This document shows, in pieces, positions 8,548 through 16,414 of a DNA stretch of 43,271 bases. The stretch is from a virus (taxonomy: Duplodnaviria; Caudoviricetes), in IMG/VR virus record IMGVR_UViG_3300012943_000686, positions 1 through 43,271 of that record; one strand, written 5' to 3'. Numbering within the stretch: the first letter of the stretch is position 1; the number at the start of each line of letters is the position of its first letter. Below the pieces are notes generated by a model. It made no database searches. It saw only the letters and a program-made list of their open reading frames with translations, and was not told where the DNA came from. The translations under genes were made by a program, and so were the position numbers.

Positions 8548-9323
8548 TGAACGCCTACAACTTCGACTTCAATCACGGCGCTGCGCGGCCCGCTGACGAC
8601 CCCCGCGCGGCTGACATCTGCGACCGCATCAATGCGCATGTTGATGCCCGTTTCTTCGCGAAGCGTGATGCCGAACCACGCCGCCAATACATCGGCGCTT
8701 CTGGCATCGGCAATGAATGTCTGCGCGCGGTGCAACTCAGCTATATGGGCCTGCCGATTGACGAAGGACGCATCAGCGGCAAGACGTTGCGCATCTTCGA
8801 TGTAGGCCACCGCTGGGAAGACATCCTTGTCGCATGGCTGCGCGATGCAGGTTTTAAGCTCGACACCATCGACCCCGCAACTAACTATCAATTCGGATGG
8901 AAGGCGCTCAACGGCAAAGCCAAGGGGCACGTCGACGGCATATTGCGCGGCGGCCCGGTGCCGATGGCCTACCCTGCCCTTTGGGAAGCGAAGGCGCTCA
9001 ACGAGAAGGGCTGGCAGGACGTGAAGAAGCGCGGCCTTGCAATATCCAAGCCTGTCTACGCAGCCCAAATCGCAATCAACCAAGCATATATGGATATGAC
9101 GGCGCCCGCCTTGTTCACCGCGCTCAACAAGAACACAGAAGAACTACACCATGAATTGGTGCCGTTCGACCAGGCGCTTGCGCAACGTATGAGTGACCGT
9201 CTCTTGCGCGTTGTCGAAGCGACGGAAGGTCAGCAACTCTTACCGCGCGGGTTCAGCGATCCGCAGAACTATAAATGCAAGTGGTGCGACTTCGCCGGGA
9301 CATGCTGGAAGCGGCTTAAATGA
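8547..9323 (+). CDS. Cas4-like PD-(D/E)XK exonuclease
   Basis: YIGAS.IG.EC, GHVDG, WEAK, Q...Y, CKWCDFAGTC Fe-S cysteines; TAATG overlap gives start 8547. Confidence 0.85.
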   Translation: MNAYNFDFNHGAARPADDPRAADICDRINAHVDARFFAKRDAEPRRQYIGASGIGNECLRAVQLSYMGLPIDEGRISGKTLRIFDVGHRWEDILVAWLRDAGFKLDTIDPATNYQFGWKALNGKAKGHVDGILRGGPVPMAYPALWEAKALNEKGWQDVKKRGLAISKPVYAAQIAINQAYMDMTAPALFTALNKNTEELHHELVPFDQALAQRMSDRLLRVVEATEGQQLLPRGFSDPQNYKCKWCDFAGTCWKRLK

Positions 9324-11482
9324 CATTGCAATTCGCGGCTTCTGTCACACCTGACGCCGAACAGACACGGGCGTTCTTCGCAGCGCTGTTCCCCGCTGAC
9401 GGACTGCTGCACTTCCGCGCGGTGCCCGAACCAGCGCGCGCCGATGCCAACGGCCACAAGGAACCACCGCGCAATCTGCACTATATGTTCGACGCGACGT
9501 TTCCAAATACCGTGGCGGGCTTCCTCGATTGGTGCAACGTCGATGGCCGCGCCGCCTTTTATCTCCCCGGATTTGTCCAGACGGGCGGCACAGGCAAAGC
9601 AGACGTGCTTATGCTGCCCGCCGTGCTCGCGGACTTCGACAAAGGCGACCCAGCAGCGAACCTAGCCGCCGCCGAGGGTCTGATCGGACCCGCCTCTATC
9701 GTCGTGGAATCGGGCGGTCAGACCGACAACGGCCCAAAACTGCACGCGTATTGGAAACTCGCAGCGCCCGCCACCGGCGGGGACATAGATCTTGCCTGCC
9801 GCGTGCGTGAAGAGGTTGCGCGCCGCTTTGGCGGTGACCCTGCATTCAAACAGGCGGCCCAGGTGATCCGCGTGCCCGGCTCGGTCCACCATAAGAGCGG
9901 TGCCAAGCTGGTGAAGCTGCGCGACGTGCGCCCGCATGTGTATGCGCTCGCTGACATCGCGGCCAAGTTGGCTATCCGTGACAATCAGACGGCTAAAGTT
10001 GACAATTACTTTGACTTCAGCGCCGACCGACCTGCCCCCGGTCTCGACCGCGCGCTAACCCAGCCGATCCATGAAGGCGCAACCGACGAGCTGACGCGCT
10101 TTGAAGGCGCGGGCCAAGCCCTCGGCCATTTCATTCGTATGGTTCGCGAAGGGCGCTATTCGCTTGATGAGGCGTGGGCGGCGGCAAAAGATTGGAACGC
10201 GGCGACACTGGTCCCGCCATGGGACGAGGCGCGCCTCCGCAACGACTTCGAGCGGTTGGTTCGCATCGACCATGACGCGCATGGCCCGGTGGTCCCGCCT
10301 GTGTTTCTGCCTACTGCCGAACAAGGTTGGGCGATCACAGACTGGCGGGCGGATCGCTTTCAGGGCGTGCCACCGGAACGGAAGTGGTTGGTCGAGGGGT
10401 TGATTCCCGCCGCTGTACCGGGCGTCTTCGCGGCGGTGGGCGACGCGGGCAAGTCCATGATGGCATTGAGGCTCGCCCTGGTGGTTGCATCCCACCCGCC
10501 TTGCGCGACCACGAAGGACAGCCCCGCAGGAATCAACGACACTCCCAATTTCTTTGGGCGGCCCATCACGGCGCGCGGTGCAGCAGTCATCCTCACGGCG
10601 GAAGACGACGGCAACGAAGTCCACCGGCGCTTGCATTCGCTCGACCCGTCCAACCTGCGGAGCGGGCGGCCTCTCTATGTGGTCCCGATGCTCGCGGCTG
10701 GTGGTCCACGCGCGATCCTGCGCGACGGGTCCAATGGTCCTGAACCGACGCCGTTCTGGTATGAGCTGAAGAAACAGCTTGTGGCGATCCCCGACCTTCG
10801 GCTGGTGGTCCTAGACCCTTTGTCCAGCTTCATGCTGGCGGACACCAACGACAATACAGCAGGCTCGTCGGTCATGACGATGCTGGGGGAGCTGGCAACG
10901 GCCACAGGTGCGTCGGTAATGGTGGTCCACCACTTTGCCAAGAGCACGACGCCTACTAGCCTATCCGACGCGCGCACCGCTATCCGTGGTGCCGGCTCGC
11001 TGGTCGATAACGGGCGCTATGCGCTGGCGCTATGGGAGGCGGGCGAAGACGAAGCGTATAGCGTGCTCAAGGCGCTGGGGCGCACGCCTTCCCATGCCCT
11101 GCCCGCTGGCCTTGTCTATTTTGGCGGCCTCGCAAAAGGCAATGCGCCCGGTGAAAAAACGCTGCGCACGTTGGTCCGCAACACGTCCACCGGTCTGCTA
11201 GAAGACGTGACGGACGCTTTGCGGGCTGCGACCCCGCGCGCGGACGAAGTTGACGATCTGCTATTTAAGGCGCTGCGGGCACACAAAAATAATCATCCGC
11301 GCTATTGCTTCCCGGCTAGTGTGTCGTCGATTGAAAAGTTTGTAGTGCCTGTGCTCCGGCGCGCCAAGGTTGATCTCTCCGTGCGCAAGGCCAAGGAGAG
11401 CTGCGATAGGCTCATTGAGCGCGGCCAGCTTGTTGAGGTTGAAGGCGGCGGCACGCCTAAATATGAACCCGTGATGATATGA
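9320..11482 (+). CDS. Primase-helicase (RepB-type AEP primase + AAA_25 RecA-like helicase)
   Basis: ADFD, LHAYW, RVPGS.HHK; Walker A GDAGKS, Walker B VVLDP, VVHH. Confidence 0.9.
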   Translation: MTLQFAASVTPDAEQTRAFFAALFPADGLLHFRAVPEPARADANGHKEPPRNLHYMFDATFPNTVAGFLDWCNVDGRAAFYLPGFVQTGGTGKADVLMLPAVLADFDKGDPAANLAAAEGLIGPASIVVESGGQTDNGPKLHAYWKLAAPATGGDIDLACRVREEVARRFGGDPAFKQAAQVIRVPGSVHHKSGAKLVKLRDVRPHVYALADIAAKLAIRDNQTAKVDNYFDFSADRPAPGLDRALTQPIHEGATDELTRFEGAGQALGHFIRMVREGRYSLDEAWAAAKDWNAATLVPPWDEARLRNDFERLVRIDHDAHGPVVPPVFLPTAEQGWAITDWRADRFQGVPPERKWLVEGLIPAAVPGVFAAVGDAGKSMMALRLALVVASHPPCATTKDSPAGINDTPNFFGRPITARGAAVILTAEDDGNEVHRRLHSLDPSNLRSGRPLYVVPMLAAGGPRAILRDGSNGPEPTPFWYELKKQLVAIPDLRLVVLDPLSSFMLADTNDNTAGSSVMTMLGELATATGASVMVVHHFAKSTTPTSLSDARTAIRGAGSLVDNGRYALALWEAGEDEAYSVLKALGRTPSHALPAGLVYFGGLAKGNAPGEKTLRTLVRNTSTGLLEDVTDALRAATPRADEVDDLLFKALRAHKNNHPRYCFPASVSSIEKFVVPVLRRAKVDLSVRKAKESCDRLIERGQLVEVEGGGTPKYEPVMI

Positions 11483-11512
11483 AAAAGGCCCCGTGAGGGG
11501 CCTTTTCTTTTT
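11482..11512. terminator. Bidirectional intrinsic terminator
   Basis: AAAAGGCCCC-GTGA-GGGGCCTTTT then CTTTTT, between convergent operons. Confidence 0.9.
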
Positions 11513-11516
11513 GTGC

Positions 11517-11681
11517 TCAGTCGAGGCACCTAGGCGGCCCGCGATATTCACGCTCCCGCTGCTCCTCTATCGCCTGTTCGCACCCCTCACATAGACCATC
11601 AGCACTCGCCCAGGCGCAGGCCTCGCCGCACCTGTCGCAAACAATGTCCGCGTCGTCATCGGCTGGCAAAGGGTCAATCAT
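11517..11681 (-). CDS. Small Zn-finger-like protein
   Basis: CDRC...CEGC; GGAGG SD; ATGA overlap. Confidence 0.6.
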   Translation of the reverse strand: MIDPLPADDDADIVCDRCGEACAWASADGLCEGCEQAIEEQREREYRGPPRCLD

Positions 11682-11887
11682 GACACATGCCCTCCGATCA
11701 GATACGAAAAGAGCGACAGGCCAAACACCCCCAGACCGATGAAGGCGAGCACGCACACGAGGGCGAAAAGGTCATTCATCCACGGTGCCACAGGCTCAAT
11801 CGTTGCGCAGGCTTTGCGGCGCACATCATCCAAGGTTAGACGGCGGTCGCGTTCAAAGGCGCGTCGGTCGTAATTTAACGCGCGCAT
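11678..11887 (-). CDS. Small protein with C-terminal TM helix
   Basis: GGAGG SD, TAATG overlap, hydrophobic LFALVCVLAFIGLGVFGLSLF. Confidence 0.65.
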   Translation of the reverse strand: MRALNYDRRAFERDRRLTLDDVRRKACATIEPVAPWMNDLFALVCVLAFIGLGVFGLSLFSYLIGGHVS

Positions 11888-12447
11888 TACTGGCCCTCCG
11901 TGAGAGGAAGCCATTTGCAGCCGGGTGCTTTCATCGCGATGAGGATCTGAACAACGTCCTCCGCGAATTCTGCCATAGCCCTGTCACGAGCCGCACCAGC
12001 CGCCGCATAAGCCGCCGCTTGGCTTTTTTCTTCCCTGCATCGCTTCGCGGCGACCATCAGGGCTTCTTTGTGTTCGGGCTTCGGGTGGATCGAAGCGGCG
12101 GTTTCCAGTGCGCCCGCAACTGTCTTGCTGATCGTCAGTTCAACGACACGGCGGAGGAATTCTGCTTCGTCGAGCACATCCTTGCTGCCCAACTGGGCAA
12201 CCGCGAGACGGCGCAGCCCTGCGGCTCGTGCTTGTTTGGAAGACCAGTTGCTATCGTTCAACCCGATCTTGAGGGAGCGCAGGGCGGGTGTAACGCAACC
12301 CGGGTCATCATTGTGCGGCAGGCCAAGTGCGAAGCACACGGCGGCTTCGACGCACATTTCTCCGGGCGTAGGCACGCCCATACCGCTCACAAGACCAGCA
12401 TCAACGGTGGCTAGGACTTTCTGGGCAACAGATTTCGTAATGCGCAT
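11887..12447 (-). CDS. Hypothetical phage protein (MRITKSVAQK...)
   Basis: AGGAG SD before ATG 12447; MCVEAAV..DDPGCV motif; AAAYAAA near C-terminus. Confidence 0.75.
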   Translation of the reverse strand: MRITKSVAQKVLATVDAGLVSGMGVPTPGEMCVEAAVCFALGLPHNDDPGCVTPALRSLKIGLNDSNWSSKQARAAGLRRLAVAQLGSKDVLDEAEFLRRVVELTISKTVAGALETAASIHPKPEHKEALMVAAKRCREEKSQAAAYAAAGAARDRAMAEFAEDVVQILIAMKAPGCKWLPLTEGQ

Positions 12448-12448
12448 G

Positions 12449-12851
12449 TCAATTCTCCTGAGTCTGGGTTGTGGATTTGGTGAAGCGGTCGCAGGCCACG
12501 CGATTGGCAGCGCGCGAGGCGTCGCAAAGCGGGAGGAGCTGCGTCTGAATGCGCCGGGCTTGCGTAACTTTTTCGCTCGCCGCAGTGGGCGTGGCGGCAT
12601 AGGCGTTCGCGCGGTGCCAGAGCGCAGCGCCGATAAGATGGGCCTCGCGTGCCCCTGGCCGGATGTGGAACAGCTCGGCGGCTGATGAGGCCTTTGCCCG
12701 CTGTGATGCTGTTGCAGGCCTTGCGCTCGGTCTTCAGGGCGTAGCGCCAAGCGTGCGGCATTTCCCAGTTGGTGGCGTCAAGCTCGTTAGCGATCGCGTC
12801 CCACGCGTGGTTGATCGTGTCTTTCTCGCGGGCGGTGAATTTGGTGCTCAT
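12449..12851 (-). pseudogene. Hypothetical gene interrupted by a +1 frameshift near 12680
   Basis: N-half MSTKFTAREK...GKGLIS continues in another frame as AELFHIRPG...TQTQEN*; that stop abuts the next ATG; span 403 nt = 3n+1. Confidence 0.65.
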
Positions 12852-13039
12852 TTCCACCCCCGCTCGGCCAAATAGTGTTGGTAGCTGCTGCCGGTGGCGA
12901 CGTAGAAATCTAGTTTGTGGTGATCGCAGTAGTGCCGAAGGTTGGTAAGGGCGTCGGTCACATTCGCTTGACGGTCGCTGCGGTCATAAGACGGCAGGGC
13001 CCGCAGCAGCTTTGCGGCGTATCTAGTTGCGCGGTTCAT
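12848..13039 (-). CDS. Hypothetical phage protein (63 aa)
   Basis: ATGA overlaps both sides; D.L.NLRH.C motif. Confidence 0.7.
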   Translation of the reverse strand: MNRATRYAAKLLRALPSYDRSDRQANVTDALTNLRHYCDHHKLDFYVATGSSYQHYLAERGWK

Positions 13040-13437
13040 TGTGCGCCCTCCACACTTGCAAGGGCGACGCGCAGCGCCGCTAACATACTCTGCGTGGCAA
13101 CTTCAGCCGCCGCTACTATCTCCCTCACGCTGAGCGGGCGTGATGCGGCCTCCTCTCCAGTAGAGTAGATGCCGTCTGCTTTCGCGATTGTTGCGCGTGC
13201 GGCCTTCTCTGCGGCTTTGCTTCTTTCGCAAACGACACAATCAGATTGCGGACACCCTTCGGTGCGATAGTCTTCAAGCATCAGTCTCAGCGCCTCCAGC
13301 AAGTCCGGCGCTGCGGCGAGCAGCGGCCCGTATTTGCTGGCTGCCTCGTTGTTTGAGAATGTGGCGATACGCTCGCGGTATTCGTCGGGGCCGTTAATCC
13401 CCTTACCGTCGAAGGTTAGTTCTGGGCATTTGCTCAT
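13036..13437 (-). CDS. Hypothetical early phage protein
   Basis: LLAAAPDLLEAL motif common in phage early proteins; GAGGTG SD. Confidence 0.75.
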   Translation of the reverse strand: MSKCPELTFDGKGINGPDEYRERIATFSNNEAASKYGPLLAAAPDLLEALRLMLEDYRTEGCPQSDCVVCERSKAAEKAARATIAKADGIYSTGEEAASRPLSVREIVAAAEVATQSMLAALRVALASVEGAQ

Positions 13438-13466
13438 TAGGTTGCACCTCTTGGTTAGGTGCAGTT

Positions 13467-13514
13467 TAAGTACGCGCGTATCTAAAACACGTCAAGCTAA
13501 ATACGCGCGTATTT
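13467..13514 (-). promoter_or_regulatory. Leftward early promoter with two operators
   Basis: TTGACG (13495-13490), 17 bp, TACTTA; TACGCGCGTA at 13471-13480 and 13502-13511. Confidence 0.8.
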
Positions 13515-13599
13515 CACATTACAAGTTTGCAATGCCACAACAAGCGAAAATACGTCCTCGTAAGCATCTGAATAAGCAGGATAAAACACCGAAATCGGG

Positions 13600-13880
13600 G
13601 TGTATGCACTAAGCTATTGAAACTATTCAGAAATAAAAAAACACCTTCGCTGTGTTAGAAAAACAGTGTTTGCGTATTATATAATAATATCAATAGCTTA
13701 TGAAAAACAGTCTGCTCTGCCTGTTTGCGTATTATATAGTGTTTTCATGTGGTTATCGCATACAGTCAGATTTGACCACATTCTAAAGAATGTGTGTGGG
13801 CTCTCTTTAAAAGAGACCCACCCTATAGGACATGCGCAAGGCGATAATGAAGGTATGCGCGTATCCTCTGCGCATGTGAT
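13600..13880. other. Putative replication origin
   Basis: AT-rich; 17-bp direct repeat, 11-bp inverted repeat matching the IHF consensus, clustered hairpins. Confidence 0.5.
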
Positions 13881-14140
13881 TTAGGTACGCGCCATTGAAT
13901 TCGCTGGGCGCCATCCTATTCGCGTGCGCACGCCTGTGCGTGTTGGGGGCGTGGGTGGCCGGTCCCGCCCCTACGGCAACGCAACCTACGGCCCAGCGCA
14001 ACGCAGACTATCAGCGCTCGCACGGCCCACCAATGGCGCATGAGGCATAGACAGGCGCGCTATCGCTCAGACGGCCCGTAAGGTGCCACGCGGCTTCTTT
14101 CTTATAGTCTATAAAAATGCACCCATGCGTTCATTGCATG

Positions 14141-14167
14141 GCAGATACGCGTTGACATACGCGCGTA
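14141..14167 (+). promoter_or_regulatory. Operator/-35 block, identical to 14968-14994
   Basis: GCAGATACGCGTTGACATACGCGCGTA (27 bp) twice; -10 of this copy is poor. Confidence 0.75.
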
Positions 14168-14260
14168 CCTATGCGACGGTATCAATGTTGGAGCGAGGCA
14201 CAACCATTGATGCTCCTTGTACCGCAACCGAACGCAACGCACCTAACCAGGACTGAACCA

Positions 14261-14359
14261 ATGATAACCGCTCTGACCATAGTCGCACTGATGACCATAA
14301 CAGGCGTGCTTCCACTCTTCGGAATGGTGGTGCGTGACATGCTCTCGCCCGCCGACTGA
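14261..14359 (+). CDS. Small hydrophobic peptide (32 aa)
   Basis: AGGA SD; MITALTIVALMTITGVLPLFGMVV; downstream of operator-promoter. Confidence 0.5.
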   Translation: MITALTIVALMTITGVLPLFGMVVRDMLSPAD

Positions 14360-14545
14360 GTGGCTTCGCGCCACCCGGATAGGGCGTACCCCCTGCCTTA
14401 TCCCCCATGGTCACCCTCCCCCCTCCTCGTGGTTGTCGAGGGGGTGCCTGGGGGATTTTTGGTTCCATCCGCCGGAGTCCCAGTGGGCGGGTTCCCAACC
14501 CCCACACCCGACAAAGCAAAATTCCGAGTTACAACAGGAGGTTGT

Positions 14546-14650
14546 ATGACGATTATCCTACTAGTCGTGGCCTGCTGGGTAACCGGAGCAGTCACCGGTG
14601 CCGCCCTATTGTTTGCCTTGAGCAAGAACCCCGTAACGCTACCCTGGTAG
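14546..14650 (+). CDS. Small hydrophobic peptide (34 aa)
   Basis: AGGAGG SD; single TM-like segment. Confidence 0.6.
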   Translation: MTIILLVVACWVTGAVTGAALLFALSKNPVTLPW

Positions 14651-14662
14651 CCCGGAGAGAGC

Positions 14663-14905
14663 ATGAAACAGATTTACGGATACACGACGCCCGAGACCGC
14701 CAAGGCCGGGTACACGGGCTTCCTGGCGGCCGTGGTCGAGGACGACGGCACCACGATCATCCAGATCCGCCAGCACGAAGGCGATGCGGTCCCGCGGTGC
14801 TTCGCGTTGCCCGCCGACGAGGCGGCCAAGCTCGCCCGCGCCATTTATCGCGACAAGAAGGCCCGCGAAGGCGGTGCATCAGCCACCGGCGACGCCGAAG
14901 ACTGA
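14663..14905 (+). CDS. Hypothetical protein (80 aa)
   Basis: GGAG SD; GC3-biased codons. Confidence 0.7.
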   Translation: MKQIYGYTTPETAKAGYTGFLAAVVEDDGTTIIQIRQHEGDAVPRCFALPADEAAKLARAIYRDKKAREGGASATGDAED

Positions 14906-14967
14906 CCCCTCCCCACCCCTAAAAACGCCTACCTCCCTGCCACGCCCCTACCGGCCGAAAGAAAATT

Positions 14968-15007
14968 GCAGATACGCGTTGACATACGCGCGTATCTGCG
15001 GTAGGTT
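14968..15007 (+). promoter_or_regulatory. Promoter ahead of packaging/morphogenesis genes with operator in spacer
   Basis: TTGACA 14979-14984, 17 bp, TAGGTT; TACGCGCGTA 14985-14994. Confidence 0.8.
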
Positions 15008-15015
15008 AAGGGTGA

Positions 15016-15300
15016 ATGAGGCACCACACCCGGCAGCAGCCAAACACCGAACATGACGCTCTGATCGACAAGATCACCGCGCGCGAATCCTACCTCCCAG
15101 AAGAGGTTCGAGGCGCGAAACTCGACCGATACGAGGATAAACAGCTCGAAGGTCGATACACCGACTACCTGCGCCTGTTCACCTTCGAGACGAACCCACG
15201 CCTCCGGGCCGAATACAAGACCGAAAAGGACCGTACCGAAGCCGAGTTGAAGCGCCGTAAGTACGTTCGCCGCAACGAAGCATTGAAAGCCGCCGCATGA
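15016..15300 (+). CDS. Hypothetical protein (94 aa)
   Basis: First ORF after promoter; ATGA coupling to next. Confidence 0.7.
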   Translation: MRHHTRQQPNTEHDALIDKITARESYLPEEVRGAKLDRYEDKQLEGRYTDYLRLFTFETNPRLRAEYKTEKDRTEAELKRRKYVRRNEALKAAA

Positions 15301-15590
15301 GGCTGATGGTTCCGACTATCACCTGCGAGACCGTCATCACACGGGCGTTCGAGGCGGGGGAGAAGACTTTCGCGGTCGGAGAGATTGCCACCTTGCCCTA
15401 CGGGCTGGTGTTGCAGCTCAAGGCGATGGGTTTCGCGGGTGCGATCAAGAACGAGATCGAAATCCACACTGAAGCAGCCGAAGCCCTGAGAATTTACGGT
15501 GGGGATGCGTGGTTTTCGCACCGGATGCAGACAATTTCCCGCGTTGCCGACTACCTGGCGGTGCGCGGCGAGGGTGAAGCGGGCCACTGA
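15297..15590 (+). CDS. Hypothetical protein (97 aa)
   Basis: Coupled on both sides (ATGA, TGATG). Confidence 0.65.
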   Translation: MRLMVPTITCETVITRAFEAGEKTFAVGEIATLPYGLVLQLKAMGFAGAIKNEIEIHTEAAEALRIYGGDAWFSHRMQTISRVADYLAVRGEGEAGH

Positions 15591-15988
15591 TGGCCGGGAA
15601 CCCGAAAAAACACGCGAAAAAGCTCGCGAACATTAAACAGCGCGGCCTCGACGCCGCTGCTGCAAGCGAAGAGCAGGCTGGCCCCGAAACAAAGCCGCTC
15701 TCCGTCACTACCCCCGTGTTGCAGGGTGAGGTTCTGCCTCCAACCAGCGACACGGAGCCCACCAGAACGGCCCTCAAACGGGCAATGCGAGCCAAGGCGC
15801 AAGAACATGCCGAGACGGCCATCGCGGTTCTGGTGGGCAACTTGAACAACCCCGGCCTCGATCCGCGTGTGCGGCAACAGGCGGCCAACGACATCCTCGC
15901 ATGGGGATTTGGCAAACCGGCGACCGAGATTGAAGCGGGCGAAGGCGCCCAGATGATCGTCATTCAGAAATTTAGGGAAGACGCATGA
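15590..15988 (+). CDS. Probable terminase small subunit
   Basis: R..AA.DIL.WGFGKP motif; position upstream of large terminase. Confidence 0.55.
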   Translation: MAGNPKKHAKKLANIKQRGLDAAAASEEQAGPETKPLSVTTPVLQGEVLPPTSDTEPTRTALKRAMRAKAQEHAETAIAVLVGNLNNPGLDPRVRQQAANDILAWGFGKPATEIEAGEGAQMIVIQKFREDA

Positions 15989-16203
15989 CCGACGAAGACC
16001 AGATGCCCCCCGTTGACGAAACACCCGTGCTACAGCCCGACGCGCCAGTTCCCGAACCGGAAGCTCCGCCCGCCGAACCAGCACCGCCGTCCGTCACCGT
16101 AGAGGCTCTCCGCGAATTGCTTGGCCGCGTCGAGCACGACGTTGTCGGCCAGTGCTGGACGCTGTTCCAGGGCCTACGCGACCTCGTCGCTACGGCCGAA
16201 TAA
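15985..16203 (+). CDS. Pro/acidic-rich hypothetical protein
   Basis: Coupled ORF, 72 aa. Confidence 0.6.
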   Translation: MTDEDQMPPVDETPVLQPDAPVPEPEAPPAEPAPPSVTVEALRELLGRVEHDVVGQCWTLFQGLRDLVATAE

Positions 16204-16412
16204 TGCTGCTGGTCGCTTCCGTGTCTGACGACGGCACGGTGCGCCGCTACCGGCGCGGGCCGGGACAACGCCCGCAAGAGATTGGCCGCGCTGATATGGC
16301 GAACGCGCGCGCCGAAGATATTTTCGCCTACCGTCGGAATTGGACGCCCCCCGAAGACCCCAGGCCGAACCCGACTCCGCCGCTCCGCAGTGCCATGAGG
16401 CGCGCAGCTTAA
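16203..16412 (+). CDS. Hypothetical protein (69 aa)
   Basis: TAATG overlap at 16203; fills gap to terminase. Confidence 0.55.
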   Translation: MLLVASVSDDGTVRRYRRGPGQRPQEIGRADMANARAEDIFAYRRNWTPPEDPRPNPTPPLRSAMRRAA

Positions 16413-16414
16413 AT

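Noticed and set aside
8547-9323. Cas4-like gene as sign of CRISPR-Cas
   Set aside because: No cas1/cas2 and no repeat-spacer array; solo Cas4-like nucleases are normal in phage replication modules
13666-14001. Short ORFs 13666-13884 and 13807-14001
   Set aside because: Lie in repeat/hairpin-rich origin-like DNA, atypical codon use, no SD
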